Of a DNA stretch of 64,000 bases, positions 47,746 through 58,691 are shown piece after piece. The notes below the pieces were generated by a model, which searched no databases, was not told where the DNA came from, and saw only the letters and a list, made by a program, of their open reading frames with translations. The DNA lies in contig WVZY01000076.1 of the NCBI GenBank assembly GCA_011772205.1, positions 5,092 to 69,091 of the forward strand. Direction: 5' to 3'. The position numbers and the translations under genes were made by a program. Position 1 is the stretch's first letter; each line of letters opens with the position of its first letter. The stretch comes from Candidatus Latescibacterota bacterium. GTDB taxonomy: Bacteria; Krumholzibacteriota; Krumholzibacteriia; WVZY01.

Positions 47746-49611
47746 ATGATTTCTCCAACGACCGCACAACGGATCAAGGACCAGATCGAGCGCCTCCCGC
47801 ACAGCCCGGGCGTGTACCTCTTCAAGGACAAGAACGGGGAGGTGATCTATGTGGGCAAGGCGAGAGATCTGAAGAACCGCGTCAGGAGCTACCTCCGTGA
47901 GGGAGGGGACTCGCGGCATCACATCCAGTTTCTAATGGTGCGAGCGTCCGAAGTGGACTCCATCGTCACAGAGACCGAGCAAGAAGCCCTCATTCTGGAG
48001 AACAACCTGATCAAGAAACACCGGCCGCGCTATAACATTTTTCTCAAAGATGACAAGACCTATGTCAACCTCCGTATGAACATCAACCACCCGTATCCAA
48101 GACTCACTGTTGTCCGAAATCCGAGATCGGATGGGGCCCTCTACTTCGGTCCCTTTGCTTCTGCCGGGGCTGTACGCGCCACGCTGCGCACGATTGGGCG
48201 CATTTTCCCACTGAGAACATGCACCGATGCGGAACTCAAAATCCGGAAACGTGCCTGTCTCTATTATCACATCGAACGCTGTCCAGGTCCCTGTGTGGAT
48301 CTCATCGATCCGCAAGAATACAGGGAGACGGTCAACAAAGTGGTGATGTTCCTGAAAGGTAAGGGGAACGAGCTGATGAGGTCGCTGAAGAAGAGAATGG
48401 AGCTTCAGTCGGCAGAGCGCCGCTACGAGGAAGCGGCGAGAACACGCGATCAAATCTGGGCGATTCAGAGAACAGTCGAGAAGCAGCGTATCACCTCCCC
48501 GCAGAAGGCCGAGCGGGATGTCTTCGGCGCGTACCACGAGAACGAGCGGATGGTAATCCAGGGATTGTACGTGAGGGATGGGAAGCTCTCGGGTGGTGAT
48601 GTTTTTACATTCAACAATGCAAACCTCTCAACGGGCGAGCACTTCTCTTCCTTTTTGAGCCAGTACTACCAGCGGGGCGCTGTGATCCCTTCGGAGGTCA
48701 TTGTTTCAAACGATGTGCCTGAGAAGGATACTCTGGAAGCATTCCTGAGTTCGCGTAAGAAGGAAAAAGTGAAAATTCTTTTTCCAAAGCGTGGGGAGAG
48801 GCGGGCGCTCCTGAAGCTTGCATTGAAAAATGCCAAGGTGGTGGCAAAAGAGAAAGGCCCGTCGAGTCGCAATAGAGACCTCCTCGAAGACCTGAAGGAA
48901 CTCTTGGGTCTCCAGAAGTTTCCCAGGCGGATCGAATGCTTCGATGTGTCCAACATACGCGGGCGGCACGCCGTGGCTTCGCGTGTCACTTTTATCGACG
49001 GTGAGCCCGCAAAAAGTCTTTATAGACATTACCGCATCAAAACTGTCGAAGGGGCCGACGACTACCGCATGATGGGGGAGACCCTCGAGCGGCGCGTATC
49101 ACGGGGTCTCAAGGAAGGAGACCTCCCCGATCTTCTGCTGCTCGATGGGGGGCGGGGCCAGCTCAACGTGGCAATCAAGATTCTCGAGCGTCTCGGGGCG
49201 GTCGAGGTCGACGCGGTAGGGATTGCGAAGGTTCGAGAAGGAAGCAAGCGGGCAGCCAGCGGCGGGACCGGCACCGCACGCCGACGCGCCAGGGACAAGG
49301 AGCGGATCTACATTCGGGGCCTGTCAAAGCCTTTGCTTCTCGAAGGCAATTCAACGGCTCTGTTTCTTCTCCAGCGAATCCGCGATGAAGCGCACCGATT
49401 TGCCATTGGCTACCACAAAAAGCTCCGGTCGAAGAAGATGGGTGCTTCGGCGTTGGACGATGTGCCCGGCGTAGGCCCGGTCCTCAAGAGCCGGATTCTT
49501 GCTGAATTCGGGAGCATCGCCCGCCTCCAGAAAGCCACCACCGACCAGATCGCATCGGTCCCCGGAGTGTCAAAGAAGCTTGCAATAGATATAAAGGAAT
49601 ATTTCGAATAA
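47746..49611 (+). CDS. uvrC: Excinuclease ABC subunit C
   Basis: GVY..IYVGKA GIY-YIG, IECFDVSN, DGGRGQ, RDEAHRFA, HhH. Confidence 0.97.
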   Translation: MISPTTAQRIKDQIERLPHSPGVYLFKDKNGEVIYVGKARDLKNRVRSYLREGGDSRHHIQFLMVRASEVDSIVTETEQEALILENNLIKKHRPRYNIFLKDDKTYVNLRMNINHPYPRLTVVRNPRSDGALYFGPFASAGAVRATLRTIGRIFPLRTCTDAELKIRKRACLYYHIERCPGPCVDLIDPQEYRETVNKVVMFLKGKGNELMRSLKKRMELQSAERRYEEAARTRDQIWAIQRTVEKQRITSPQKAERDVFGAYHENERMVIQGLYVRDGKLSGGDVFTFNNANLSTGEHFSSFLSQYYQRGAVIPSEVIVSNDVPEKDTLEAFLSSRKKEKVKILFPKRGERRALLKLALKNAKVVAKEKGPSSRNRDLLEDLKELLGLQKFPRRIECFDVSNIRGRHAVASRVTFIDGEPAKSLYRHYRIKTVEGADDYRMMGETLERRVSRGLKEGDLPDLLLLDGGRGQLNVAIKILERLGAVEVDAVGIAKVREGSKRAASGGTGTARRRARDKERIYIRGLSKPLLLEGNSTALFLLQRIRDEAHRFAIGYHKKLRSKKMGASALDDVPGVGPVLKSRILAEFGSIARLQKATTDQIASVPGVSKKLAIDIKEYFE

Positions 49612-49791
49612 TTCTCAAGTATGGATCCACGATCCCGTTTAGAAAATGGCCTAAAAATTGCCTTCGAGTGCATTCGTGTTCCCCGAGGGTGCAAAAAATT
49701 CGTCTATCCCTCTCAATCCTCTGAATAGAGGGAAATCAGCTAATAACCAGATAAAAAACAAGTAAGCAGCAGATAAACAGCAAAAATAGGG

Positions 49792-49838
49792 TTGACAGAA
49801 ATCGTCGATCCCTCTAAAGTATTTAAAGTGGTTAAATA
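49792..49838 (+). promoter_or_regulatory. Sigma70 promoter with overlapping palindromic operator
   Basis: TTGACA-17nt-TAAAGT, then TATTTAA-AGTGG-TTAAATA (49820-49838) over the expected start site. Confidence 0.7.
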
Positions 49839-49855
49839 GTAAAGGGGTTAATATT

Positions 49856-50500
49856 ATGCCCGAGAAAGAAAATCCGGATCATTCCAAGCGAAGCCCAAAG
49901 GAAGGCGATGGGCCGCAGCCGGCAAGGGATTTCTTTCGTCTTCTCAGATATAGCCACATCTTTGCTTCAGCAGTACGGGAAATCCTGGAACTCAAGCTAC
50001 TCCGCGAAGTTAGCCCGCTACCGCTTACGCTGTCACAATTTCATCTCCTCAAGCTCATGTCCGTCAATGGGCAGCACCAAATGGGCCAGCTGGCCGATTT
50101 TCTCGGTGTGAGCCCACCCGCGGCTACCAAGAACATTGACAAGCTGGAGCGCCTGAAGCTGGTCGTCCGCACTCCCTCCAAAGGGGATCGACGAGCGACG
50201 CTGCTCTCGGTAAGCCCGAAGGGACGGCGGCTCGTGCGCAAGTATGAAGAGCTCAAGACGGAGAGGTTGACACCAGTATTGGATGAGTTTCAGCCACAGG
50301 AAGTGGAGAAACTATCCGAACTCCTCGAGAGATTTTCAGTGTCCTTGCTCAGAATCGAGCATCCGGGAGAGGAATTCTGTTTGCGCTGCGCGGCTTACAT
50401 TGCGGATGACTGTCCGGTGGGTCCGTTCTGCGGCGGGTGTCCTTACCAAAAGGGCCGCGCAATGACCTCGAACAGAGGTGCCGCTAAGGAGACACCATGA
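49856..50500 (+). CDS. MarR-family regulator with C-terminal Cys cluster
   Basis: LTLSQF..., DRRA wing; CLRC-x7-C-x4-CGGC tail. Confidence 0.88.
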   Translation: MPEKENPDHSKRSPKEGDGPQPARDFFRLLRYSHIFASAVREILELKLLREVSPLPLTLSQFHLLKLMSVNGQHQMGQLADFLGVSPPAATKNIDKLERLKLVVRTPSKGDRRATLLSVSPKGRRLVRKYEELKTERLTPVLDEFQPQEVEKLSELLERFSVSLLRIEHPGEEFCLRCAAYIADDCPVGPFCGGCPYQKGRAMTSNRGAAKETP

Positions 50501-50525
50501 GCTTAACCCTTATGGGGAGTGTTCA

Positions 50526-50828
50526 ATGAAGTATTGGAGAAAACCTTTAGATATCGATCAAGTAACGATCCCCCACGGCGAGGTGCACATTATTAAGGAC
50601 CGGTGCAAGGGCTGCGGTTTCTGCGTTGAGTATTGCCCGAAAGACGTGCTGGTGATGTCCGACGAGTTCAATAAAAAAGGATATCATCCACCGAAAGTGG
50701 TCAAACATGGTGAATGCGTTAACTGCAACCTGTGCGAAATGATCTGTCCTGATTACGCCATTTACAGTGTATCTGAGCCCGTAGGCGTGGCCGCGGCGGA
50801 GTCTGAGAAGCCGATTGAGAAAATCTAA
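50526..50828 (+). CDS. 2-oxoacid:ferredoxin oxidoreductase delta subunit (2x4Fe-4S)
   Basis: CKGCGFCVEYCP, CVNCNLCEMICPD. Confidence 0.9.
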   Translation: MKYWRKPLDIDQVTIPHGEVHIIKDRCKGCGFCVEYCPKDVLVMSDEFNKKGYHPPKVVKHGECVNCNLCEMICPDYAIYSVSEPVGVAAAESEKPIEKI

Positions 50829-50873
50829 GAATCAGGTGCCCGCGAGCTGCGGAGCAGCAAAGGAGGATGGCAA

Positions 50874-52031
50874 TTGAAAGCTGACCCTGCGGGCGTCTTG
50901 ACCGGCGCCCACTATCTCGATGGTGACTTTGCCTGCGGCGAGGGGGCCATGGCCGCGGGCTGCCGATTCGTGGCTGGCTACCCCATCACTCCCTCGACGG
51001 AGGTCGTTGAACGTATCTCACGCCGATTTCCTATGATGGGTGGTATATTCATCCAGATGGAAGACGAGCTAGCCAGCATGGCCGCAGTTGTGGGCGCGTC
51101 CTGGACGGGAACAAAATCTATGACTGTTACCAGCGGCCCCGGTTTCAGCCTGATGATGGAGAACATCGGCCTGGGGGCCATGATGGAAGCGCCATGCGTT
51201 GTGGTAAACGTGCAGCGCGGCGGACCCTCCACCGGGCTTCCGACCATGGTCGGGCAGGCGGATATCATGCAGGCCCGGTGGGGTTCACACGGCGATTATG
51301 AATTGATTGCACTGAGCCCGCAATCCCCCCAGGAGGCGTTTGACCTGACGATAGACGCGTTCAATCTCTCAGAAATCTACCGAGTCCCAGTGATGTTCAT
51401 GATGGATGAATGTGTCGGTCACATGACGGAGAAAGTCGTGATTCCCCCGGCGGAAGAGATCGAGGTGGTGCCTCGCAAACTTTCCAAACTCAAACCCGAG
51501 GAATATTGGCCGTATAGCGTTAATGGTGGCGATATCCCGGAAATGGTCCGGGCCGGCGATGGGTATCGATTTCACACGACCGGCCTCACGCACGACCACC
51601 GCGGCTATCCTGACATGAGCGCGGAGTGCCAGGAGTTGTGTGTCAGGCGTCTCGTTGAAAAGATCAAGCACAACGCAGATAAGATTGTTCGATTCGAGGA
51701 AGAAGAAACGGACGGAGCCGATGTGGTGGTGGTCACATATGGAATCACTGCCCGGGTTGCTCGCATGGGGATTGAAATGGCGAGGAAGAAGGGTGTCAAG
51801 GTAGGGGTCATCAGATTGATCGTGATCTGGCCGTTTCCCGAAAAGCGCATCCGGGAGCTAGCCGGTATGGTCAAAGCCTTCGTAGTGCCAGAGATCAATT
51901 ACGGTCAAATCGTTCTCGAAGTGGAGCGCTGCGCCGCAGGGAAGGCCGCGGCGGTGCCCGTGTCTCACGGCGGAGGCGGCGTTCATGATCCGAATGATGT
52001 TTGCCAAGCAATATTGGGGGCAGCGAAATGA
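50874..52031 (+). CDS. 2-oxoacid:ferredoxin oxidoreductase alpha subunit (KorA-like)
   Basis: AGYPITPST, QMEDE, TSGPGFSL, QRGGPSTGLPT. Confidence 0.93.
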   Translation: MKADPAGVLTGAHYLDGDFACGEGAMAAGCRFVAGYPITPSTEVVERISRRFPMMGGIFIQMEDELASMAAVVGASWTGTKSMTVTSGPGFSLMMENIGLGAMMEAPCVVVNVQRGGPSTGLPTMVGQADIMQARWGSHGDYELIALSPQSPQEAFDLTIDAFNLSEIYRVPVMFMMDECVGHMTEKVVIPPAEEIEVVPRKLSKLKPEEYWPYSVNGGDIPEMVRAGDGYRFHTTGLTHDHRGYPDMSAECQELCVRRLVEKIKHNADKIVRFEEEETDGADVVVVTYGITARVARMGIEMARKKGVKVGVIRLIVIWPFPEKRIRELAGMVKAFVVPEINYGQIVLEVERCAAGKAAAVPVSHGGGGVHDPNDVCQAILGAAK

Positions 52032-52933
52032 GCAAAATTACAACCGATGAAACCGAAATTCTTGCCCAGCAGCACCCGATCGCTCCCTATCTCCGCATGG
52101 ACCGGATGCCGCATATTTGGTGTCCCACATGCGGGATCGGAACGGTGGTCAAGTGCTATGCTACAGCACTGGAGCAGTCGGGAGTTGACCTGGACAAGGT
52201 GGCGGTCGTCTCCGGCATCGGCTGCACCGGCCGGGTGGCAGGATATATGAAACTGGACGCGTTCCACACCACACACGGTCGGGCGATCCCGTTCGCTACC
52301 GGATTGAAGCTGGGTCGGCCGGAGATGCTGGTGACGGTGTTTTCGGGTGACGGAGACCTGGCGGGTATCGGGGGAAATCATCTCATCCATACCGGACGGC
52401 GCAACATCGACATGTTGGTCATCCTGGTAAATAACTTCATTTACGGCATGACGGGGGGACAGAACGCGCCCACTACACCGATTCCGGCCAGGTCATCGAC
52501 GATGCCGTACGGGAATTTCGAACCGCCGTTCAATCTGCCACACCTGGTGGCTAGCTGTGGTGCAACTTACGTGGCCCGATGGACATCGTTGCACATCCGG
52601 CGGTTGACGAAATCGTTCAACGAGGCGATTCACCGGAAGGGATTCCGCTTCATAGAGGTGATCGCACCGTGTTCGACGTTGTACGCACGTTTGAACAAAC
52701 TGGGCACGGGCTTCCACCTGATGCAGTTTTACCACGATCACGCGGAGATCCATCACGGGATAGACACGCGAGAGGTGGGCATTGGGTACCAGGATACCAT
52801 CATCTGTGGAAAGTTCATCGACGAGGAGAAGCCAACCTTCCTCGAGCTGATGAACAACCACTACCGAAAAGTCCTCGGCGACAAGTTTGTCCCGATGCCG
52901 CTGGAGGGAGGGATGATCCGTGAGCAGGACTGA
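52028..52933 (+). CDS. 2-oxoacid:ferredoxin oxidoreductase beta subunit (TPP-binding)
   Basis: WCPTCG, SGIGC, HGRA, GDGD, NNFIYGMTGGQ. Confidence 0.93.
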   Translation: MSKITTDETEILAQQHPIAPYLRMDRMPHIWCPTCGIGTVVKCYATALEQSGVDLDKVAVVSGIGCTGRVAGYMKLDAFHTTHGRAIPFATGLKLGRPEMLVTVFSGDGDLAGIGGNHLIHTGRRNIDMLVILVNNFIYGMTGGQNAPTTPIPARSSTMPYGNFEPPFNLPHLVASCGATYVARWTSLHIRRLTKSFNEAIHRKGFRFIEVIAPCSTLYARLNKLGTGFHLMQFYHDHAEIHHGIDTREVGIGYQDTIICGKFIDEEKPTFLELMNNHYRKVLGDKFVPMPLEGGMIREQD

Positions 52934-53528
52934 GATCCGCATTACCGGCTTCGGCGGCCAGGGCGTAGTTCTGTCCGGCTATATCATCGGTCGCGCTTGC
53001 TCGATCAATTCGAACAAGCACGCCACGATGATCCAGAGTTTTGGCCCGGAAGCAAGGGGCTCCGCCTGCAGTGCGACGCTTGCCGTATCGGAAACCGAAG
53101 TGCTGTATCCATACATCGCCCGGCCGGATATCTTTATCGTTATGTCGGCGGAGGGCTACGACAAGTTTGGCGACGAGCTCAAAGACGACGGAACCCTTAT
53201 CTACGAGAAGGACCTGGTCCACCCCACTCTGAAAGAGGGTCAGCCTTCGTTCGGGATACCCTCTACCCGGATCGCCGAAAATCTGGGAAGGACGATCATT
53301 CAGAACATCGTGATGCTGGGTTTCTTCACGGGGGTGACGGGACTCATTACCCGCGAGGCAATGCGCGATGCGGTGAAGGCATCGGTACCGGCGGGCACGG
53401 AGGAGTTGAATCTAAAAGCATTCGACGCAGGCTATGCGTATTACGAGGAAGAGTACAGCAGAGGGAAGCAGAGCGAGGAAAAAGGAGCTGTCGCGGCCGA
53501 AACGGCTGAGAAAAGTCAATCAGAGTGA
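52920..53528 (+). CDS. 2-oxoacid:ferredoxin oxidoreductase gamma subunit
   Basis: GFGGQG, SFGPEARG, NIVMLG, NLKAF. Confidence 0.93.
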   Translation: MSRTEIRITGFGGQGVVLSGYIIGRACSINSNKHATMIQSFGPEARGSACSATLAVSETEVLYPYIARPDIFIVMSAEGYDKFGDELKDDGTLIYEKDLVHPTLKEGQPSFGIPSTRIAENLGRTIIQNIVMLGFFTGVTGLITREAMRDAVKASVPAGTEELNLKAFDAGYAYYEEEYSRGKQSEEKGAVAAETAEKSQSE

Positions 53529-53555
53529 TAGCAACTTCAATATGGGAGCGAAAGC

Positions 53556-56500
53556 TTGGACAAGCAGCCTAAAGAGTCACGCGAAGTCCAAGGCGATGAT
53601 TCGGAAGAGATGCTGCAGCGGAATCACCCCCAAGATCCAAAGGAAGATGCCGCCCAGCGTATTGCGAAAGCGCTCGAGCCGACAACGGACAAGAGGGCCC
53701 TTGTCATAGGCGGCGGGATCGCCGGTATCCAAGCGGCCCTGGATCTCGCCGACGCCCGTATTGGCGTAACCATGGTGGAGAAATCGCCGTCGCTGGGCGG
53801 CCGCATGGCCCAGCTCGACAAGACGTTTCCCACCATGGACTGCTCGATATGAATCCTCGGGCCCAAGGCCATGGATGCCGGTCGGCATCCACTGATCGAT
53901 GTCGTAACGAACGCGGAAGTGATTGGCTGCGAGGGTGAGCCGGGGAACTTCCGTGTGCGTGTCAAGAAGCATCCTCGCTTTGTGCGCGAAGACAAGTGCG
54001 TCGCCTGCGGATTGTGCGTGGATGTCTGCCCGATGATTGGAGGAAACGAATTCGACGTCGGGCTGAAAGCACGTAAGGCGATCTACAGGCCCTTTCCGCA
54101 ATCGGTGCCCGCAGCATACGTGATCGACCCGCTTGCCTGCCTCAACTTTTTGGGTTACCTGAGCGAGAAGCAACGGAGAAGACTCGAAAAGGTGAAGAGG
54201 GCAAAAGAGCGGAAGGGTGATGAGTTCATAGCGAATATGCTGGTTTGCGGGCATTGCAGCAGCGTTTGCGAGGTCGATGCTATCGACTTCGACATGCGCG
54301 CCAAGGAATTCGATGTTGATGCCGGCGCCATTCTCGTTGCCGTTGGATTCCAGGAATTCGACGCGCGAAAGCTCGGTAACTACGGATACGGCCGGTTTCC
54401 CAACGTGGTGACCAGTCTGGAATTCGAGAGAATGCTCAATGCATCCGGCGTCACGCAGGGTCACGTGGTGAGGCCGTCTGACATGAAGACGCCGAAGCGG
54501 ATCGTGTTCGTCCAGTGCGTCGGCGCGCGAGGCGAGGGGGGTAGACCGTACTGCAGCCGTTTCTGCTGCATGAACGCAGTGAAAGATTCGATGCTGGTGC
54601 GCCAGCACGATCCCGAGGTCGAAGATGTCACCATTCTCTTTACCGACCTGCGGGCGTTCGGCAAGGGGTTCGACGATTTTCTGCAGCGGTCGCGCGAAGA
54701 AAAGAGCGCCAATTATGTGCGCGGCCGTCCCGCCAAAGTGGAATTGGTGCCCGAGGACGACAGCCTCGAGGTTTTCGTGGAAGATACCCTGGAGCACAAA
54801 CAAAAACGCATTCCCGCCGATCTGGTGGTATTGTCCGTCGCAGCAGCGCCAAACGACGGGGCGATCAAGCTTGCGGAGACTCTGGACATCGAAACGGATA
54901 AGTATGGGTTCATCGCCAGGCGTGATGCCGCCGTGTCCGCTGTAGAAAGCACCCGCGAGGGGATCTTTGTCTGCGGCAGTGCCGTCGGCCCCCAGGTGAT
55001 ACCGGATTGCGTCGCGCAGGCATCTGCTGTGGCCGCACGAGCCCAGCTGTTTCTTACCGGGCATCGAATCGAGGAGGAAGAGAAAACCGTTGAGCCGCTC
55101 GACTTGTCGGGACCGCCGAGGATCGGCGTTCTCGTTTGTCACTGTGGCATAAATATAGCCGGAGTGCTCGATGTGGAAGAACTCACCAATTACGCGGCTA
55201 GCATCCCCAATGTCGTGGTGTCGAAAAATAACATGTTTGCCTGTTCGTCAACTGGGCAGGACGAAATGGTCGAGCTGATCGAAGAGCACAAGCTGAACCG
55301 CCTGGTGGTTGCCGCATGCACGCCGCGTACGCATGAGCCGATTTTCCGTGAGACTTGCGCTCGGATTGGCTTCAATCCATATATGCTCGAAATGGTCAAC
55401 ATCCGTGACCAGTGTTCATGGGTGCATTCGAAGCAACCCGCTGAAGCCCAAGAAAAAGCGCGTGCACTTCTCCGCATGGGCGTGGCCAGGGCCCGGCATC
55501 TAGAGCCGCTTTATGAAGGAGAGGTGTCGATGACGCGCGCTGCCGTGGTAATCGGAGGAGGAATCGGCGGGATCCAAGCGGCAACCGATCTGGCCGTTCA
55601 AGGTTTCCCCGTAACCCTCGTAGAGAAAACAGGACGACCGGGGGGACGGCTAGTAAGCCCAAACCTCAAATATCTCTATCCCAACCTTCGGCCGGCGGCC
55701 GATGTGCTCAAGGAGAAGCTCCAGAGGCTGGAAAGGAGCGGTGCGCGCATTTGCCTCAACACGGAAGTTGAAAACATCACCGGGTACGTGGGCAATTTCG
55801 AAGTTACGTTGAAGGGGGACACAAACGAAACGATTCCAGCTGGAGCCATCATCCTCGCCTTTGGTGCGGATCTTTATGACCCCAAGGGAGAATTCGGCTA
55901 CGGGAAACTGCCGAACGTAATTACCAGCGAAGAACTGGAACGAGCATTTTTCAAAGACGAATCCAAAATCACCGCCGACAATCGCAAACCGAAAAACGCT
56001 TCATTCATCCTATGTGTGGGCTCGCGCGATCCGGAGGGTTTTACCGGGTGCTCGCGGTATTGCTGCCCAACGGCGATCAAGCAGGCGATAGAGCTCGCCA
56101 AGCAGGATATCGACACAACAGTTTTCTTCAGGGACATCCGAACCATCTCCACCGGAGCCGAAGAGATGTATCGTGAAGCGAGGGGGATGGGAGTGTTGTT
56201 CGTCCGTATACCGCCGGGCCGTAAACCCGAAGTGGTTGGTAAAGAGCGGGCGGAAGCCATCCAATGCTATGATGATCTACTCGCACGGAATCTCGAGGTT
56301 CCAACCGATCTGGTAGTGCTGAGTGTCGGGATGCGGCCGCTCAAGGAGGAAACGGCGAAATTCCACGACATGCTCAAGGCCAGCCTCGGGCTCGACGGAT
56401 TCTTTCTCGAGCGCCATCCTGAATTGGCGCCGGTGGAGACAGCTGTGGAGGGAGTGCTTCTTGCCGGCACAGTGCAAGGGCCGAAAGATATCGTGGACAC

Positions 56501-56825
56501 GGTGGCTCAGGCCTCGGCGGCTGCGGCGAAAGCGTCCGTATTCCTTGCCTATGATACGGTGAAATTGGACCCCACGGTAGCGGTGGTTGGCGAAGGAAAA
56601 TGCCGTGCATGCGGCACGTGCGTCGATATCTGCCAATTCCGGGCGCCACAGCTCGTAGAAGCCGATGACGGCACGTATACGGCGGTGATCAATGCATCGC
56701 TTTGCAAAGGCTGCGGCACCTGTGCGAGCTGGTGCCCTTCGGGCGCGATTGTTTCGAAGCATTTCACGGACAAACAGGTGCACGCCATGATCGATGCGTT
56801 TTTTGCCGAAGAGGTCTCGGGATGA
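53556..56825 (+). CDS. hdrA: Selenocysteine-containing tandem HdrA-like flavoprotein (Sec at 53850-53852)
   Basis: ORFs 53556-53852 and 53871-56825 are in frame: [17 protein letters not shown]. Two GGGxxG FAD sites, two YCSRxCC-type motifs, ferredoxin motifs. Confidence 0.9.
53872..53891 (+). promoter_or_regulatory. Bacterial SECIS-like hairpin
   Basis: TGGATGCC-GGTC-GGCATCCA; loop starts 28 nt after the TGA. Confidence 0.8.
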
Positions 56826-57466
56826 CAGCCTCTAAGGAACAACGGGAAGCGGATAAGTCCCGGACGGGCACACGAGCCAAGAAGTCACCGAAGACAGGAG
56901 CAAAAGCGAAGACAAAAGCCCCTGCAAAGAAGACCTCCAAGAAGATTACACAGGAGACGGTGAAAGAAGCTCCAGCGAAAACGGCGGATAAATCACCGAA
57001 GACAACACCTGATGCGGCTCCGAAAGCGCCGGCCGAAATCCCTGGTGCGTGGAATCCTCGCATCGTTGTGTTCGCATGCAACTGGTGCTCGTATGCGGGG
57101 GCTGATACCGCGGGAGTATCTCGAATTCAACACCAACCGCATTTTCGAATGATCCGGGTGATGTGTTCCGGTCGTATCCAGGCCGGTTTCGTTTTGCACG
57201 CGTTCGAGAAAGGGGCCGATGGGGTGCTGGTGTCGGGCTGCCACTTTGGGGACTGCCACTACATCTTTGGGAATCATCGTGCGGTCGAACAATTCGAAAA
57301 GACGATGAACGTGGTCAAACTCTTGGGTATTGAAGAAGGCCGTCTCCGCCTGGAATGGATTAGTGCGGCAGAGGGCGTCCGATTTGCGGCGGTCATCAAC
57401 GAGTTCACCGACCAGGTCCGCAAACTGGGTCCGAGCCCGCTGACCAGTAGACAAGAGGCAGCATGA
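56822..57466 (+). CDS. mvhD: MvhD/FlxD-type 2Fe-2S subunit with K/A/T/P-rich N-terminal extension
   Basis: [36 protein letters not shown] overlap with hdrA. Confidence 0.88.
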   Translation: MTASKEQREADKSRTGTRAKKSPKTGAKAKTKAPAKKTSKKITQETVKEAPAKTADKSPKTTPDAAPKAPAEIPGAWNPRIVVFACNWCSYAGADTAGVSRIQHQPHFRMIRVMCSGRIQAGFVLHAFEKGADGVLVSGCHFGDCHYIFGNHRAVEQFEKTMNVVKLLGIEEGRLRLEWISAAEGVRFAAVINEFTDQVRKLGPSPLTSRQEAA

Positions 57467-57481
57467 CGATAAACGGAGTTG

Positions 57482-58663
57482 ATGCCGATGCGGGAATTAG
57501 CGGATGCAGCCAAGCAGACAAAAGCTTGGGCCTGTTATGACTGCGGGAAATGTACCGCCACATGCCCGATTTCGAGGGTAGGGGGAGATTATACCCCTCG
57601 CCGGCACGTACTGGCGACAAACCTGGGGCAACGTAAAGAGCTTGTCGAGAATGGCAGCCTGAACAGCTGTCTGACATGCAGCCTGTGTGACCAGCGCTGC
57701 CCGGCCGAGGTCGCCTATACCACCTTGGTTCAAAAGCTCAGGGAAATCACGCATGTGGATGGGAAAGAACCGGAGTGCCCGCACGGCGGTGCGCTTCAGT
57801 CGATGATGCGGGTGATGGCGAAGGGCGGGACGAAGCAAAACCGCATGGAATGGCTGACGGATGACTTAAGGACCGAATCGAAGACGGGAGAGGCGCTCTA
57901 CTGGACCGGGTGCACGATGTATTATGACGCCTTCTTCCCGGAATTCAAGATCTCAACGTTGGAAGGCACTCGCGCTGCAGTACGGCTCATGAACCGTGTG
58001 AATGTTACTCCTGTTGTATCTCCCGAGGAACGTTGCTGCGGGCACGACCTGCTGTGGAACGGTGACAGGGAACATTTTGAGCTGCTCGCCAAGCATAATG
58101 TAAAGCTCGTTGCTGACAGCGGTGCCAAGACGCTGGTTACCTCCTGCGCCGAGTGTCTCCGTACCTGGAAGATTGACTACGCACCGTTTTTCGAAAGTGC
58201 CCCGCCCCGGATACTCCACATCACCGAATTTCTCTCGGACTACCTATCGGCTCTCGAGTTCAAGGCGAACGGCAAGCGCAAGGTCGTCTTTCAAGATCCA
58301 TGTCGGCTGGGCCGTCACTTGGGAATTTACGATCCCCCGCGGAGGGCGTTGTCCGCACTGCCCGGGATCGAGCTCGTGGAGATGCGCCGTTCGGGACCGG
58401 GAGCGGTCTGCTGCGCCGGAGGGACATGGTCGAACTGCGACCGATTTGCAAAGAAGATTCAGGTTGAACGCCTGCGGGAAGCGCGGGCGACAGGAGCGGA
58501 AGTGCTTGCGACGGCATGTCCAAAATGCCAGGTCCACTTCCGTTGTACAATGCAGGACCCCAATCTTGCTGGCGAGATCGAAATAAAAATGAGCGATGTC
58601 GCCCAGCTGGTAGTGGACTCCCTCTCCCAGGGGATCAAAAGTGAGAGGGATGGGTCTGAATAG
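57482..58663 (+). CDS. HdrD-like Fe-S/CCG-domain protein
   Basis: CYDCGKCTATCP, CLTCSLCDQRCP, ERCCG, DPCRLGR, CCAG, ACPKC. Confidence 0.85.
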   Translation: MPMRELADAAKQTKAWACYDCGKCTATCPISRVGGDYTPRRHVLATNLGQRKELVENGSLNSCLTCSLCDQRCPAEVAYTTLVQKLREITHVDGKEPECPHGGALQSMMRVMAKGGTKQNRMEWLTDDLRTESKTGEALYWTGCTMYYDAFFPEFKISTLEGTRAAVRLMNRVNVTPVVSPEERCCGHDLLWNGDREHFELLAKHNVKLVADSGAKTLVTSCAECLRTWKIDYAPFFESAPPRILHITEFLSDYLSALEFKANGKRKVVFQDPCRLGRHLGIYDPPRRALSALPGIELVEMRRSGPGAVCCAGGTWSNCDRFAKKIQVERLREARATGAEVLATACPKCQVHFRCTMQDPNLAGEIEIKMSDVAQLVVDSLSQGIKSERDGSE

Positions 58664-58691
58664 ATGATTGCTGGAACAGGAAGGGCTTCGA

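Noticed and set aside
53577..55142. Long antisense ORFs (also 9543-10622, 17494-18432, 35007-36191, 59589-60620, 62064-63104)
   Set aside because: Shadows of well-supported genes on the opposite strand, with no recognisable motifs.
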